Shown piece by piece: positions 10,655-19,883 of a stretch of 32,000 nt of DNA. The stretch lies in assembly GCF_040240325.1 (NCBI RefSeq), contig NZ_JBEIAD010000001.1, positions 448,972 through 480,971 on the forward strand. The letters run 5' to 3'. The position numbers and the translations under genes were made by a program. This DNA comes from Brenneria sp. L3-3Z. GTDB lineage: Bacteria; Pseudomonadota; Gammaproteobacteria; Enterobacterales; Enterobacteriaceae. The notes below the pieces were generated by a model. It was not told the origin of the DNA. It searched no databases and saw only the letters and a list, made by a program, of their open reading frames with translations. Numbering within the stretch: position 1 is the first letter of the stretch; each line of letters begins with the position of its first letter.

Positions 10655-11701
10655 ATGAGTGACGTAATTCGTGTTGGGTTATTGGGATACGGTTATGCCA
10701 GCAAAACGTTTCATGCGCCATTGATTGCCGGAACGGCGGGTATGGAACTGGTCGCGGTTTCCAGCCGTGACGCCGATAAAGTCCATGCCGACTGGGCCAA
10801 TGTCAGCGTGGCGAGCGATCCCCATACGTTATTTAACGATAAGGCGATCGATCTTATCGTTATCCCCACCCCGAACGACACGCACTTTCCATTAGCTAAA
10901 CAGGCGCTGGCGGCGGGCAAGCATGTGGTGGTGGACAAGCCTTTTACCGTGACATTGTCACAGGCGCATGAGTTGAATCTGCTGGCGGAACACGCGGGGA
11001 AACTGCTTTCCGTATTTCATAACCGGCGCTGGGACAGCGATTTTCTGACATTGAAGCAGCTATTTCACACCGGCGTGTTAGGCGATGTCGTCTATATGGA
11101 GTCCCATTTTGATCGCTATCGTCCGGAGGTTCGCGAGCGCTGGCGCGAGAACGGCAGCGAAGGGAGCGGTATCTGGTACGATTTGGGGCCGCATTTACTG
11201 GATCAGGCGTTGCAGCTTTTTGGTTTGCCGGTCGCGATTCAGGTCGATCTGGCGCAGCTCAGGCCCGGCAGTAAAGCGACGGACTATTTTCACGCCGTGT
11301 TGATCTATCCCCAGCGGCGGGTGGTATTGCATGCCAGCATGCTGGCGCTCGCCCCAACCGCCCGTTATATCGTCCACGGTTCGCGCGGCAGCTTTGTGAA
11401 ATACGGCCTTGATACGCAGGAACAACAGTTGAAAAACGGCCAGCGTCCGCCGCTGGACAACTGGGGCGAGGACAAAGAGGACGGGGTGCTGACCCTGCAT
11501 CGCGACGGCGTGGCGGTCGAGCAGCGCGTATCGACGCTTCCCGGCGACTATGCCGCTTACTATTCCGCCATCCGCGATGCGTTAACCGGCAAAGGGGACA
11601 ATCCGGTGACGGTGCATCAGGCGATTCAGGTGATGGAGTTGATTGAACTCGGTCTGGCGTCTCACGAGCAGAAACGGGTTATGACGTTAAAAAATAATTA
11701 G
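10655..11701 (+). CDS. ydgJ: Gfo/Idh/MocA-family NAD(P)-dependent oxidoreductase YdgJ
   Basis: MSDVIRVGLLGYGYASKTFHAPLIAG...TPNDTHFPLAKQALAAGKHVVVDKPFTVTLSQA, collinear with E. coli YdgJ. The ATG at 10655 is preferred over the track start at 10637, which adds MLRGIF. Confidence 0.9.
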   Translation: MSDVIRVGLLGYGYASKTFHAPLIAGTAGMELVAVSSRDADKVHADWANVSVASDPHTLFNDKAIDLIVIPTPNDTHFPLAKQALAAGKHVVVDKPFTVTLSQAHELNLLAEHAGKLLSVFHNRRWDSDFLTLKQLFHTGVLGDVVYMESHFDRYRPEVRERWRENGSEGSGIWYDLGPHLLDQALQLFGLPVAIQVDLAQLRPGSKATDYFHAVLIYPQRRVVLHASMLALAPTARYIVHGSRGSFVKYGLDTQEQQLKNGQRPPLDNWGEDKEDGVLTLHRDGVAVEQRVSTLPGDYAAYYSAIRDALTGKGDNPVTVHQAIQVMELIELGLASHEQKRVMTLKNN

Positions 11702-11742
11702 CATTGCCAATTGTTACCACAGACATTACTGTTTGGTTTAAG

Positions 11743-11958
11743 CAGGCGATCTCCGGATCGCCTGTGAGGTTGGTGACAAGTGCGTCGAGCGGTGAGAATG
11801 GATAGATCGTAAAGACGCTGCAAGTACATCCCTGTAAGCTCGAACCGCGCCGTCCCTGGCGCGGACGCTTTACTCTTCTATTCCATTCTCACCGTTCCGA
11901 TTTGGCAGATAGGTTTGTTAACAGTCTGAGGCGATCTTAGGATCGCCTGTATTGTTTT
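11743..11958. repeat. Composite palindromic intergenic element: two near-identical GC hairpins bracketing a ~105-bp long imperfect palindrome
   Basis: Hairpin 1: CAGGCGATC tccg GATCGCCTG (11743-11764). Hairpin 2: AGGCGATC ttag GATCGCCT (11929-11948), followed by GTATTGTTTT. The 22-mers AGGCGATCnnnnGATCGCCTGT at 11744-11765 and 11929-11950 are 20/22 identical direct repeats. Between them a 13-bp perfect inverted repeat, CGGTGAGAATGGA (11790-11802) / TCCATTCTCACCG (11882-11894), encloses GTAAAG/CTTTAC pairing and a central hairpin CCGCGCC gtccct GGCGCGG (11845-11864). Confidence 0.6.
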
Positions 11959-12055
11959 AAATAGGGTGTTCATGTTCGCCGGCGCTGAGCGGCGGACGAC
12001 AAGACGTTGAAAATTTGGACTGCGGCGGGGAACATACCGGGATAAAGGGGTAAAT

Positions 12056-13069
12056 ATGGCGTGGTTACAACGATTAAGAATTGATAAGTTTTTGCTGATA
12101 TTGGTTGCGGTGGTGGCGGCGGCATCATTTTTTCCGTGCGAGGGCGCGGCAAAAATCTTTTTTGAGTACCTGACGACCGCCGCCATCGCGCTGCTGTTTT
12201 TTATGCACGGCGCCAAACTGTCGCGCGAGGCCATCACGGCGGGGATGGGACACTGGCGGCTGCATCTGGTGGTATTCGCCAGTACGTTTATCCTGTTCCC
12301 GCTGCTGGGCGTCGGCATGAGCCTGCTGGTGCCGGTGGTGTTAACGCCGGCGCTGTATCTCGGCTTTCTTTATCTGTGCGCCTTGCCGGCGACCGTGCAG
12401 TCGGCCATCGCCTACACCTCAATGGCCGGGGGCAACGTCGCGGCCGCCATCTGTAGCGCTTCGGCCTCCAGCATTCTGGGCGTATTTCTGTCGCCGATAT
12501 TGGTCGGCCTGCTGATGCATACGCAGGGCGAGGCCCAGACGGATACGCTGCACGCCATCGGCTCGATTATCATGCAGTTGATGGTGCCTTTTGTCATCGG
12601 TCACTTATCCCGCCCGCTGATTGCCGGATGGGTCGATCGTCACCGCAAATTAATTAATATTACCGATCGGTCATCGATTCTTCTGGTGGTTTACGTCGCC
12701 TTTAGCGAGGCCGTCGTTCAGGGGATCTGGGGGCAGATCAACTGTTGGTCTTTACTGGCGGTGGTCGTGTGTTCCATCGTGTTGCTGACCATTGTGCTGG
12801 TGGCGAATACGCTGGCGGCGCGCAAACTGGGGTTCAATACCGCCGATGAGATTACCATCGTATTCTGCGGTTCGAAGAAAAGTCTGGCCAATGGCATTCC
12901 GATGGCCAGCGTTCTGTTTCCGGCATCGGCGGTGGGGGTGATGGTGCTGCCGTTGATGATTTTCCATCAAATTCAGTTGATGGTGTGCGCGGCGCTGGCT
13001 CAACGTTACGCCAACCGGCTAAAACGCGCCGAAGCGGAGCGTGCCGCGGCGCCGGCAAGCGAGCAATAG
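12056..13069 (+). CDS. Bile acid:Na+ symporter (BASS) family permease, YfeH-like
   Basis: 337 aa polytopic membrane protein, MAWLQRLRIDKFLLILVAVVAAASFFP...FFMHGAKLSREAI...GSKKSLANGIPMA. It resembles the E. coli YfeH / BASS family. Substrate unknown. Confidence 0.8.
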   Translation: MAWLQRLRIDKFLLILVAVVAAASFFPCEGAAKIFFEYLTTAAIALLFFMHGAKLSREAITAGMGHWRLHLVVFASTFILFPLLGVGMSLLVPVVLTPALYLGFLYLCALPATVQSAIAYTSMAGGNVAAAICSASASSILGVFLSPILVGLLMHTQGEAQTDTLHAIGSIIMQLMVPFVIGHLSRPLIAGWVDRHRKLINITDRSSILLVVYVAFSEAVVQGIWGQINCWSLLAVVVCSIVLLTIVLVANTLAARKLGFNTADEITIVFCGSKKSLANGIPMASVLFPASAVGVMVLPLMIFHQIQLMVCAALAQRYANRLKRAEAERAAAPASEQ

Positions 13070-13074
13070 TGCCG

Positions 13075-13112
13075 CTGAAGGCCGGCGGCGTTTCCCGCCT
13101 CCCGGCCTTCAG
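13075..13112. terminator. GC-rich hairpin between convergent yfeH-like gene and add
   Basis: CTGAAGGCCGG ... CCGGCCTTCAG, an 11-bp perfect stem with inner GGCGG/CCGCC pairing. No clear T-tract on either side, so terminator function is inferred from position only. Confidence 0.4.
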
Positions 13113-13118
13113 ACTGGA

Positions 13119-14135
13119 TCAGGAAGCCAAACCTCGTTTACGCAGCACTTTCTCACGCAATTGTTGCTTTTCCTGTTCGCTGATAAACGCGATACGTAAT
13201 CCATTTTCTTGCGCCTGACGGGTTTCTGCGGCGGTTAATCCCGCCAGCGGCGCCGCCACTTCGTATTCATGCCTGATCTCGATGCCCTGTACGGCCGGAT
13301 CGTCGGTATTAATCGTCGCGGGAATGCCGTAACGCAGGAAATGCACCAGCGGATGCTGCTCCAGCGCGGTCACCGTGCTGGTTTGCAGGTTCGACGTCAG
13401 ACAGGACTCAATGCCGATGGTGTTTTCGGCCATGTAGCTCATCAAGTCGGTATCGACAATGGCGGCGACGCCGTGACCGATGCGCTCGGCCTTTAGCTGG
13501 TGAATGGCCTGCCAGATGCTTTCCGGCCCCGCCGCTTCGCCGGCATGAACGGTAATATGCCAGCCGGCGTCATGCGCCTGTTTGAAATGCGATGAGAACA
13601 GATCGCCGGGATAGCCCAGCTCATCGCCCGCCAGATCCAACGCAACAATGTGGTCGCGGTGAGCCAGCAGGCCATCCAGCTCCTGTTGGCAGGCGTCGGT
13701 GCCGAAGGTGCGGCTCAAAATACCGATCAGACGAATCACGATATCATGATCGCGGCAGCCGGCGGTTACGCCGTCAATCACCGCTTCGACCACGCCGGCA
13801 ATCGGCAGGTTATGCTTCATCGCCATATAGTAGGGGGAAAAACGCAGCTCCGCGTAATCCAGCCCGGCATTGACGGCATCTTCCACATTTTCATAAGCGA
13901 TACGGCGGCAGGCGTCCAGTGAGCCGAGAACGGCGACTCCCCAATCCAGCTTTTGCAAAAAACTCAGCAAATCCGGCTCAAGTTTCGTGATTTGCACATG
14001 CGGGCGAAGTGACTCCAGGTCGTTGGCAGGGAGTGAAATATTGAACTGGCGGCCCAGTTCCAAAATGCTCTGCGCACGAATATTGCCATCAAGGTGGCGG
14101 TGAATATCCGTCAGTGGGAGTCGCGTATCAATCAT
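13119..14135 (-). CDS. add: Adenosine deaminase
   Basis: [36 protein letters not shown]...[15 protein letters not shown]...NTDDPAVQG, collinear with E. coli Add. The track ORF extends to 14246, but the ATG at 14135 matches the conserved N-terminus. Confidence 0.95.
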   Translation of the reverse strand: MIDTRLPLTDIHRHLDGNIRAQSILELGRQFNISLPANDLESLRPHVQITKLEPDLLSFLQKLDWGVAVLGSLDACRRIAYENVEDAVNAGLDYAELRFSPYYMAMKHNLPIAGVVEAVIDGVTAGCRDHDIVIRLIGILSRTFGTDACQQELDGLLAHRDHIVALDLAGDELGYPGDLFSSHFKQAHDAGWHITVHAGEAAGPESIWQAIHQLKAERIGHGVAAIVDTDLMSYMAENTIGIESCLTSNLQTSTVTALEQHPLVHFLRYGIPATINTDDPAVQGIEIRHEYEVAAPLAGLTAAETRQAQENGLRIAFISEQEKQQLREKVLRKRGLAS

Positions 14136-14283
14136 GGTGTACTCTTTGCAATTAGTTGTATTAATAACCATCGTGGTATGGGTAAGTCGGACAACAGCCC
14201 GGCCGAATGCGGTGAAGTATAAAAACAAATGGCGGTAAATTGCCAATTGTTAAGCAAAAAAGTCTGCAAACCCATCAAGTTTA

Positions 14284-15267
14284 TCAACGGTCTGAAGGTT
14301 GCCGGTCGGCTTGATATCCGGTCAGTTTGGGGATCAGACGGATATAAACCAGCTCGCTTAACAGCTCCATCAGCGTTTGGGTTACGATAATCGCCGGCAG
14401 TATCGGGATTGCGCCGGGAATGGACAAAGCCAACGGCAACACGACCAGCGAATTACGCGTGGCGGCGCTAAAGGCGACGGCGCGTCCGTCGGCGGGCGCC
14501 AGATGGAAGAGTCTGCCGATCAGCCAGCCGGCCGCCGGCGCGACGATGGCGAATAACAGGTAGATGGGGATCGCGGTGAGTACGAGAGTCCAGTTGGTTT
14601 GTAGCTGCGGAATAACGGCGGCCGCCACGACGAACAATACCCCCGCCGTGGCGGGAACGGGGAGCAAACCGAGTCCGTCGGCCAATTTATCCAGCGCCGG
14701 AGAACGGCGCGCGCCCCATTGCATCAGCCCGGCAAGCAACAAGGGGATGGCGATAAGCCAGACAAACGCGTGGAAAAACGGCGCGATATGAATCAGCCCG
14801 GCGGCGTCCTGACCTAAAAACAGGCCGAGATAAAAGGGCAACGCCGGCATTTGTACCATCAGCAGCAGCGGCGTGGCGGCCAGCAAGCGTGAGGCATCCG
14901 CGCGGCCAAGATGAGAAAAGGTCACCACGTAGTCAATACAGGGCGCGAGTAACACCAGCAGCATGCCGAGCCGAATCAGCGGATCGGCGGGCAAGTAAGG
15001 CACTAGGAGCGCGAGAAACAGGGGAATAACGATAAAATTGGCGACCAGCAGCGCGGCAAGAAACCGTAGCTGGGTCAAACTCCGCTTTAGCGACGCCAGC
15101 GGCACCTGTAAAAAAGTCACGAAGAGCATCAATGCCAGCGCCGGATTGATCGCCGCCGCCAACTTTGCGGTTTCGGGTCGTAATAGCGCAATCAATATCG
15201 CCATGACGACGGCGATGAAGTAGATCGTCGTTTGGCGCGCTTCCATCAATATCTTCAATTTTTGCAT
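14284..15267 (-). CDS. ACR3/BASS-superfamily membrane transporter (often annotated 'arsenic resistance protein'), no ars partners nearby
   Basis: 327 aa with about 9-10 hydrophobic segments. The sequence style matches the ACR3-like/sodium-bile-acid-symporter fold family. No arsR or arsC is present in the window. The assignment rests on recalled family resemblance only. Confidence 0.65.
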   Translation of the reverse strand: MQKLKILMEARQTTIYFIAVVMAILIALLRPETAKLAAAINPALALMLFVTFLQVPLASLKRSLTQLRFLAALLVANFIVIPLFLALLVPYLPADPLIRLGMLLVLLAPCIDYVVTFSHLGRADASRLLAATPLLLMVQMPALPFYLGLFLGQDAAGLIHIAPFFHAFVWLIAIPLLLAGLMQWGARRSPALDKLADGLGLLPVPATAGVLFVVAAAVIPQLQTNWTLVLTAIPIYLLFAIVAPAAGWLIGRLFHLAPADGRAVAFSAATRNSLVVLPLALSIPGAIPILPAIIVTQTLMELLSELVYIRLIPKLTGYQADRQPSDR

Positions 15268-15306
15268 ACGGCGTCGCTCAACGATAAAAACCGGTTCGGG
15301 CGGGAA

Positions 15307-15340
15307 CAGCCAGCGACGGCGCGATTACCGTCGCTGGCTG
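15307..15340. terminator. Strong hairpin downstream of ydgA
   Basis: CAGCCAGCGACGG cgcgatta CCGTCGCTGGCTG, a 13-bp perfect stem starting 27 nt after the ydgA stop. No U-tract follows. Confidence 0.35.
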
Positions 15341-15366
15341 CTGTCTATCTACGGGGGATAAAAGGC

Positions 15367-16869
15367 TTAATTGTCGTCTTCAGCGGGAAGGCCGATAAAC
15401 GGGGCGATGAAATCTGATAATGATATCTTGTGACCGTTAAAATCAATCTGACCGTCTGCATACTGCAATGAACTGGTGATCGCATTATCTTTCGTGACGG
15501 TCACGCTATTCATCTGGCCGATGCTTGCCATCATATTCGCTTGCTGAAGCGCCATTTCCCGGGCCTGTTCTTGCTCGTCAGCATTTACCGACGGTTTTTC
15601 CGCCTGAACCATCAATTCGGCCAGCATCTCTAACGGCACATTCAATTTGGCATCGAGTTTTTTAACGGACTGAAGAATGATTTTCTCTTCATCCGACGCT
15701 TGCGGATCGGCGGCTGCGGCGCTGTTCTGAAGCGGATCGGTCATATCCAGCGTCAGCGTAAAGGTGCTTTCGCCTTTACTGTTCTTCCAGCTAAGCGGAG
15801 AGATGGCGACGCTGGGGTTGCCTTTCAGCAATTTAGGTAAATTTTGCAGGAAAGCGATCATCACCTGATGCTGGTAAGCCTGGGGATCTTCCTTGGCCGC
15901 GCTTTGCAAAAACGGTTGCAGCGTTTTCTGATAATCGGTTGCAAATTGCCTGGTTCCTTCACCGTCAAACTGGGAGAAGTGAATGCTGAGGTTGCCGGAT
16001 CCCAGGTTGCGATCGCCGAAAGTTAACGATTCCAGTCCTATCGTGGTGTTGCCCGCCAGGTTTTTATCATCTTCCGTCACAGTGCTTTGTATCGAAATAT
16101 TGTTGAGCGCGACCGGCTCGCGGCCTTCAACGGCTACCGTCAGCGATTTGGCGGTCACTTTGCCGTCACCGATGCCGATGTCAAACTTGCCCTTGTGATT
16201 GTTGACGTTCAGCGCGAGATCTTTCAGCGTGAAGCTTTCCAATTCATCCCAGGGATTTTTCTTTTCTATCAGTAGATTGTTGATAGCGCCCGACAGTTTG
16301 TTACCGCGAAAATCGCTGGTGGTGTCCAGCAGGAGTTGAGCGCCGCTGAAAGAAAATTTCTGATCGTTTTCCTGAAATTCAATCGGCAACAGCCTGATAT
16401 CGGAACCGATAGCGCCGCTGTAGGCGACGCGCGACTCGGAGGTGAAGAACGGTTTGCCCTGCGTGAGTTCGAACAGCGGGTTGATCACCGGCGTATCTCC
16501 CAGTTCCGCATGTACGGCGGCCATCGCGGGGATCAGATTAAACTTTTTGAGTTGCGACAACGGGAAAGGGCCGTGATAAACGGTATTGTTGATGACGATT
16601 TCCTCGCCCGGCGCCAGGGGTTTTTGCCATTTGTCCGAACCGTCGTATTGCATAACGAAAGTGACTTTACTACTGAAAATACCGCCCTGATAATCACGAT
16701 ACACCGCTTTTATCGCGGCATCGGGGTAAGCGGATTTAATCTGCGCGTTAATATTGTCGGTAAACTCGTCAATATTCTGAGCCAATTGTTTACCGGTATA
16801 CCAGGAAGCGCCGGTCCAGACCGCGCCCAAAGCGATAATGACGCCGGCGGCAACTAATGACTTCTTCAT
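15367..16869 (-). CDS. ydgA: YdgA (DUF945) family periplasm-facing protein
   Basis: 500 aa, MKKSLVAAGVIIALGAVWTGASWYTGKQ..., nearly the same N-terminus as E. coli YdgA. Downstream of manA as in E. coli. Confidence 0.9.
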   Translation of the reverse strand: MKKSLVAAGVIIALGAVWTGASWYTGKQLAQNIDEFTDNINAQIKSAYPDAAIKAVYRDYQGGIFSSKVTFVMQYDGSDKWQKPLAPGEEIVINNTVYHGPFPLSQLKKFNLIPAMAAVHAELGDTPVINPLFELTQGKPFFTSESRVAYSGAIGSDIRLLPIEFQENDQKFSFSGAQLLLDTTSDFRGNKLSGAINNLLIEKKNPWDELESFTLKDLALNVNNHKGKFDIGIGDGKVTAKSLTVAVEGREPVALNNISIQSTVTEDDKNLAGNTTIGLESLTFGDRNLGSGNLSIHFSQFDGEGTRQFATDYQKTLQPFLQSAAKEDPQAYQHQVMIAFLQNLPKLLKGNPSVAISPLSWKNSKGESTFTLTLDMTDPLQNSAAAADPQASDEEKIILQSVKKLDAKLNVPLEMLAELMVQAEKPSVNADEQEQAREMALQQANMMASIGQMNSVTVTKDNAITSSLQYADGQIDFNGHKISLSDFIAPFIGLPAEDDN

Positions 16870-16882
16870 TTTTATTCATCCT

Positions 16883-16915
16883 TTTTTAAAACTCGCCCGG
16901 ATGCTTCCGGGCGAG
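16883..16915 (-). terminator. Rho-independent terminator of manA
   Basis: On the minus strand: CTCGCCCGG aagcat CCGGGCGAG followed by TTTTAAAAAA. It starts 17 nt after the manA stop. The ydgA RBS (AGGATG) and start follow immediately. Confidence 0.8.
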
Positions 16916-16931
16916 CGATCTGTCTCGGTAA

Positions 16932-18104
16932 TTACCGATTAAATACACGAGCGATGCGCCCCTGTCCCTGAACCAACACCGGTGTTTCATTAGCTGAAAT
17001 AAAACAGGACTCGCCTGGTTTAAGTCTGATGTGCCGATCGTCTTTTTGCAGTAATGCCTCGCCGTCAATGCAGAAAACAATGGCGGCGCTATTTTGGCCG
17101 AGCGCTTGCGCTTCACCGTTCAGATGGTGCAGGGAAAAGGCAAAGTCGTCTACGGGAATCGGAAAGCTTAACTCATTTCCCTGTTGAATGGGGGCGGTCA
17201 ATAAATTTGCCGCCGGTTTGGCGACAAATTGCACGTTATCCAGCAGTTCCGGGATATCGATATACTTCGGCGTTAACCCCGCCCGCAGCACGTTATCCGA
17301 ATTCGCCATCACTTCCAGCGCCACGCCGTTCAAATAGGCGTGCGGCGTTTGCGCATACAGGAACATGGCTTCGCCCGGTTGCAGCGTAATGACGTTGAGC
17401 AACAGCGGAGAAAATAGCCCGCTGTCGTCCGGATAAAACCGGGTAATATCGCGAATGGTTGCCCAGGGTTCGCCCTGCTGGTTGTTCAGCGCCGCTTTTA
17501 ATACGCCCAATGCCTGACTTTTTTGCTGGCCTTCCATGCTTAGCAGGTTGGCGAACAGCATGGAGAGATTTTTACCGTCCGGTTGCTGTAAAAAGGCGGC
17601 AATCGACGGATGCGCGCTGGCGACCGGCTGCAATAAGGCGACAATTTCAGATAATTCTCGAAAGCCATTCATGGCCTGGAACGGGGTCAGGGCGAACACC
17701 AATTCCGGCTTGTGATTGGCGTCCTTGTAGTTTCTTTCCGCCGCATCCAGCGCGATACCGGCGGCATTTTCCTTCGCAAATCCTTGTTCCGCTGAGGATT
17801 TACTCGGGTGAACCTGGATGGAAAGAGGCTGGTCGGCGCATAAAACCTTAAATAAAAACGGTAATTCCCCAAAACGCCGCGCCACGTCGGCGCCGAGATG
17901 CCCGGTCAGGTCTTCGGCAATCACTTCACGCAGGCTGCGATCGTTGCCTTGTTCGTCAATGACATGGGAACTGCTCTTGGGATGGGCGCCCATCCATAAT
18001 TCCGCCATTGGTAAATTATTAGGGTTATCAATACCATACAGCTCACTTAAAGCGTGTTTGCTTCCCCAGGCGTAGTGCTGGACACGGTTGAGCATTTTTT
18101 GCAT
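16932..18104 (-). CDS. manA: Mannose-6-phosphate isomerase, class I
   Basis: 390 aa, MQKMLNRVQHYAWGSKHALSELYG...AELWMGAHPKSSS...LSIQVHPSK...HAYLNGVALEVMANSDNVLRAGLTPKYIDI, collinear with E. coli ManA. Confidence 0.97.
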   Translation of the reverse strand: MQKMLNRVQHYAWGSKHALSELYGIDNPNNLPMAELWMGAHPKSSSHVIDEQGNDRSLREVIAEDLTGHLGADVARRFGELPFLFKVLCADQPLSIQVHPSKSSAEQGFAKENAAGIALDAAERNYKDANHKPELVFALTPFQAMNGFRELSEIVALLQPVASAHPSIAAFLQQPDGKNLSMLFANLLSMEGQQKSQALGVLKAALNNQQGEPWATIRDITRFYPDDSGLFSPLLLNVITLQPGEAMFLYAQTPHAYLNGVALEVMANSDNVLRAGLTPKYIDIPELLDNVQFVAKPAANLLTAPIQQGNELSFPIPVDDFAFSLHHLNGEAQALGQNSAAIVFCIDGEALLQKDDRHIRLKPGESCFISANETPVLVQGQGRIARVFNR

Positions 18105-18333
18105 GTTGGTTTCCTGACGTTAAGTAACCTTTTGATTAACATAATTTAAATAGTTAACAAATCGGCAACAGGTAAATAAATGGTTTTCGCTCACATCATG
18201 TTAATGTTTTATGTGCCACTATTCCAGACGGGGCCGGTAGGGGTAATCTCTTATCCCAGACGTTTAAGGAACACTTTTCCGGGACGATTTCGGCAGAATT
18301 GACCATTAAATCAGCGTTTGTGTCAGCTCATGC

Positions 18334-18352
18334 CGTAATGATTCGCATTGCC
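18334..18352. promoter_or_regulatory. Weak Fur-box-like sequence in the manA/fumC divergent region
   Basis: CGTAATGATTCGCATTGCC versus the Fur consensus GATAATGATAATCATTATC, 12/19 by eye. About 75 bp upstream of fumC. E. coli fumC is known to respond to iron and superoxide. Confidence 0.25.
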
Positions 18353-18426
18353 ATTATTCTTTTTATTTTCATTTGAATGGCGATGCCGATCTCTTCATTA
18401 TTCTGTCATGCTAAGGAGAAATGGTT

Positions 18427-19824
18427 ATGACAACCACGCGTATTGAAAAAGACTCAATGGGGCCGATTGAAGTTCCTGCCGAACATTTATGGGGCGCGCA
18501 GACACAGCGTTCACTGGAGCATTTCCGTATTTCCGAAGAGAAAATGCCGCGCGCGCTGATCTTTGCGCTGGCGCAGACAAAGCGTGCGGCGGCCAGCGTC
18601 AATATGGATTTGAAATTGCTGCCCGACGAGCGCGGAAACGCCATTGTCCAGGCGGCCGACGAGGTGCTGGCGGGCAAGCATGCGGGTGAGTTCCCGCTGG
18701 CCATCTGGCAAACCGGATCCGGCACCCAAAGCAACATGAATATGAATGAGGTGCTGGCGAACCGCGCCAGCGAGTTATTGGGCGGAGAACGGGGCAGCGA
18801 CCGCCTGGTTCATCCCAACGACGACGTGAATAAAAGCCAAAGCTCGAACGATGTTTTCCCCACGGCGATGCATGTGGCGGCCGTACTGGCGCTTAACGAG
18901 CACCTTATTCCCGAGTTGACCGTATTGCAGCGCACGCTGGCGGCGAAGGCCGAACAGTTCAAAGATATCGTAAAAATCGGGCGCACCCATTTGCAGGACG
19001 CGACGCCGTTAACGCTGGGTCAGGAAATTTCCGGCTGGGCGGCCATGTTGCAACACAACCTGACGCACATTGAAAACAGCGTACCGCATTTGTGCGAACT
19101 GGCGCTGGGCGGTACGGCGGTCGGCACCGGATTAAATACGCACCCTGAATATGCCGTCCGGGTCGCCGCCGAACTGGCGAAGCTGACCGGGCAGCCGTTT
19201 GTCACCGCGCCGAACAAGTTTGAATCATTAGGCACCTGCGATGCGCTGGTGCATGGACACGGCGCGTTGAAAGGGCTGGCGGCCTCATTGATGAAGATCG
19301 CCAATGACGTGCGTTGGCTGGCTTCCGGGCCGCGCTGCGGCATCGGCGAACTGAGTATTCCTGAAAATGAACCCGGCAGTTCGATTATGCCCGGCAAAGT
19401 GAATCCGACGCAGTGCGAAGCCCTGACGATGCTGTGTTGTCAGGTGCTGGGGAATGATGTCGCGGTGAATATAGGCGGGGCATCGGGGAACTTTGAACTG
19501 AATGTTTATCGCCCGATGGTGATCCATAATTTCCTGCAATCGGTGCGTCTGCTGGCCGACGGCATGAAAAGCTTTAATGAACATTGCGCGGTTGGCATTG
19601 AACCGAACCGCGAGCGTATCGATCAGCTGTTAAATGAATCACTGATGCTGGTGACGGCGCTTAATCCCCACATCGGTTACGATAAAGCCGCCGAAATCGC
19701 GAAAAAGGCGCATAAAGAAGGACTGACCTTAAAAGCATCGGCGCTGAAGCTCGGGTATCTTACCGATGCGCAGTTTGATGAGTGGGTACGACCGCAGGAT
19801 ATGGTCGGCAGTCTGAAAAACTGA
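18427..19824 (+). CDS. fumC: Fumarate hydratase, class II
   Basis: [31 protein letters not shown]...[16 protein letters not shown] (class II fumarase/aspartase signature). The track start is 18421, but AGGAG (18414-18418) is better spaced for the ATG at 18427 ([10 protein letters not shown]). Confidence 0.97.
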   Translation: MTTTRIEKDSMGPIEVPAEHLWGAQTQRSLEHFRISEEKMPRALIFALAQTKRAAASVNMDLKLLPDERGNAIVQAADEVLAGKHAGEFPLAIWQTGSGTQSNMNMNEVLANRASELLGGERGSDRLVHPNDDVNKSQSSNDVFPTAMHVAAVLALNEHLIPELTVLQRTLAAKAEQFKDIVKIGRTHLQDATPLTLGQEISGWAAMLQHNLTHIENSVPHLCELALGGTAVGTGLNTHPEYAVRVAAELAKLTGQPFVTAPNKFESLGTCDALVHGHGALKGLAASLMKIANDVRWLASGPRCGIGELSIPENEPGSSIMPGKVNPTQCEALTMLCCQVLGNDVAVNIGGASGNFELNVYRPMVIHNFLQSVRLLADGMKSFNEHCAVGIEPNRERIDQLLNESLMLVTALNPHIGYDKAAEIAKKAHKEGLTLKASALKLGYLTDAQFDEWVRPQDMVGSLKN

Positions 19825-19830
19825 TTAATC

Positions 19831-19858
19831 CCGCCTATCGCCGGCTGGCGATAGGCGG
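19831..19858. terminator. Hairpin between convergent fumC and tus
   Basis: CCGCCTATCGCC ggct GGCGATAGGCGG, a 12-bp perfect stem starting 6 nt after the fumC stop. T-tracts are weak. Confidence 0.45.
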
Positions 19859-19883
19859 TCTCAGTGACGATCCCGGCGGTCGT

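Noticed and set aside
2272-11500. Many long ORFs antisense to the ara genes and ydgJ (e.g. 2272-2928+, 3100-3744+, 3812-4312+, 4535-5281+, 5971-6765-, 7167-7562-, 8759-9487-, 10038-10556-, 11195-11500-).
   Set aside because: Each lies fully inside a confidently identified gene on the other strand. Their translations are Arg/Gly/His/Gln-rich low-complexity strings with no recognisable motifs. They are typical shadow ORFs of GC-rich coding sequence.
11790-11894. Calling the 105-bp palindrome an ERIC element or a tRNA-like gene.
   Set aside because: Only a 9-nt match (TGTAAGCTC) to the ERIC primer region as I recall it. No cloverleaf, T-loop GTTCGAATC or CCA-proximal acceptor pairing is present. 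It is reported only as an unclassified palindromic repeat.
12058-12080. A second Ter-like string, GGTTACAACG (reverse complement CGTTGTAACC), at the start of the yfeH-like gene.
   Set aside because: Only the GTTGTAAC octamer matches. Flanking positions required for Tus binding (the TATGT and CTAAAG parts) are not conserved. It is most likely a chance occurrence inside a coding region.
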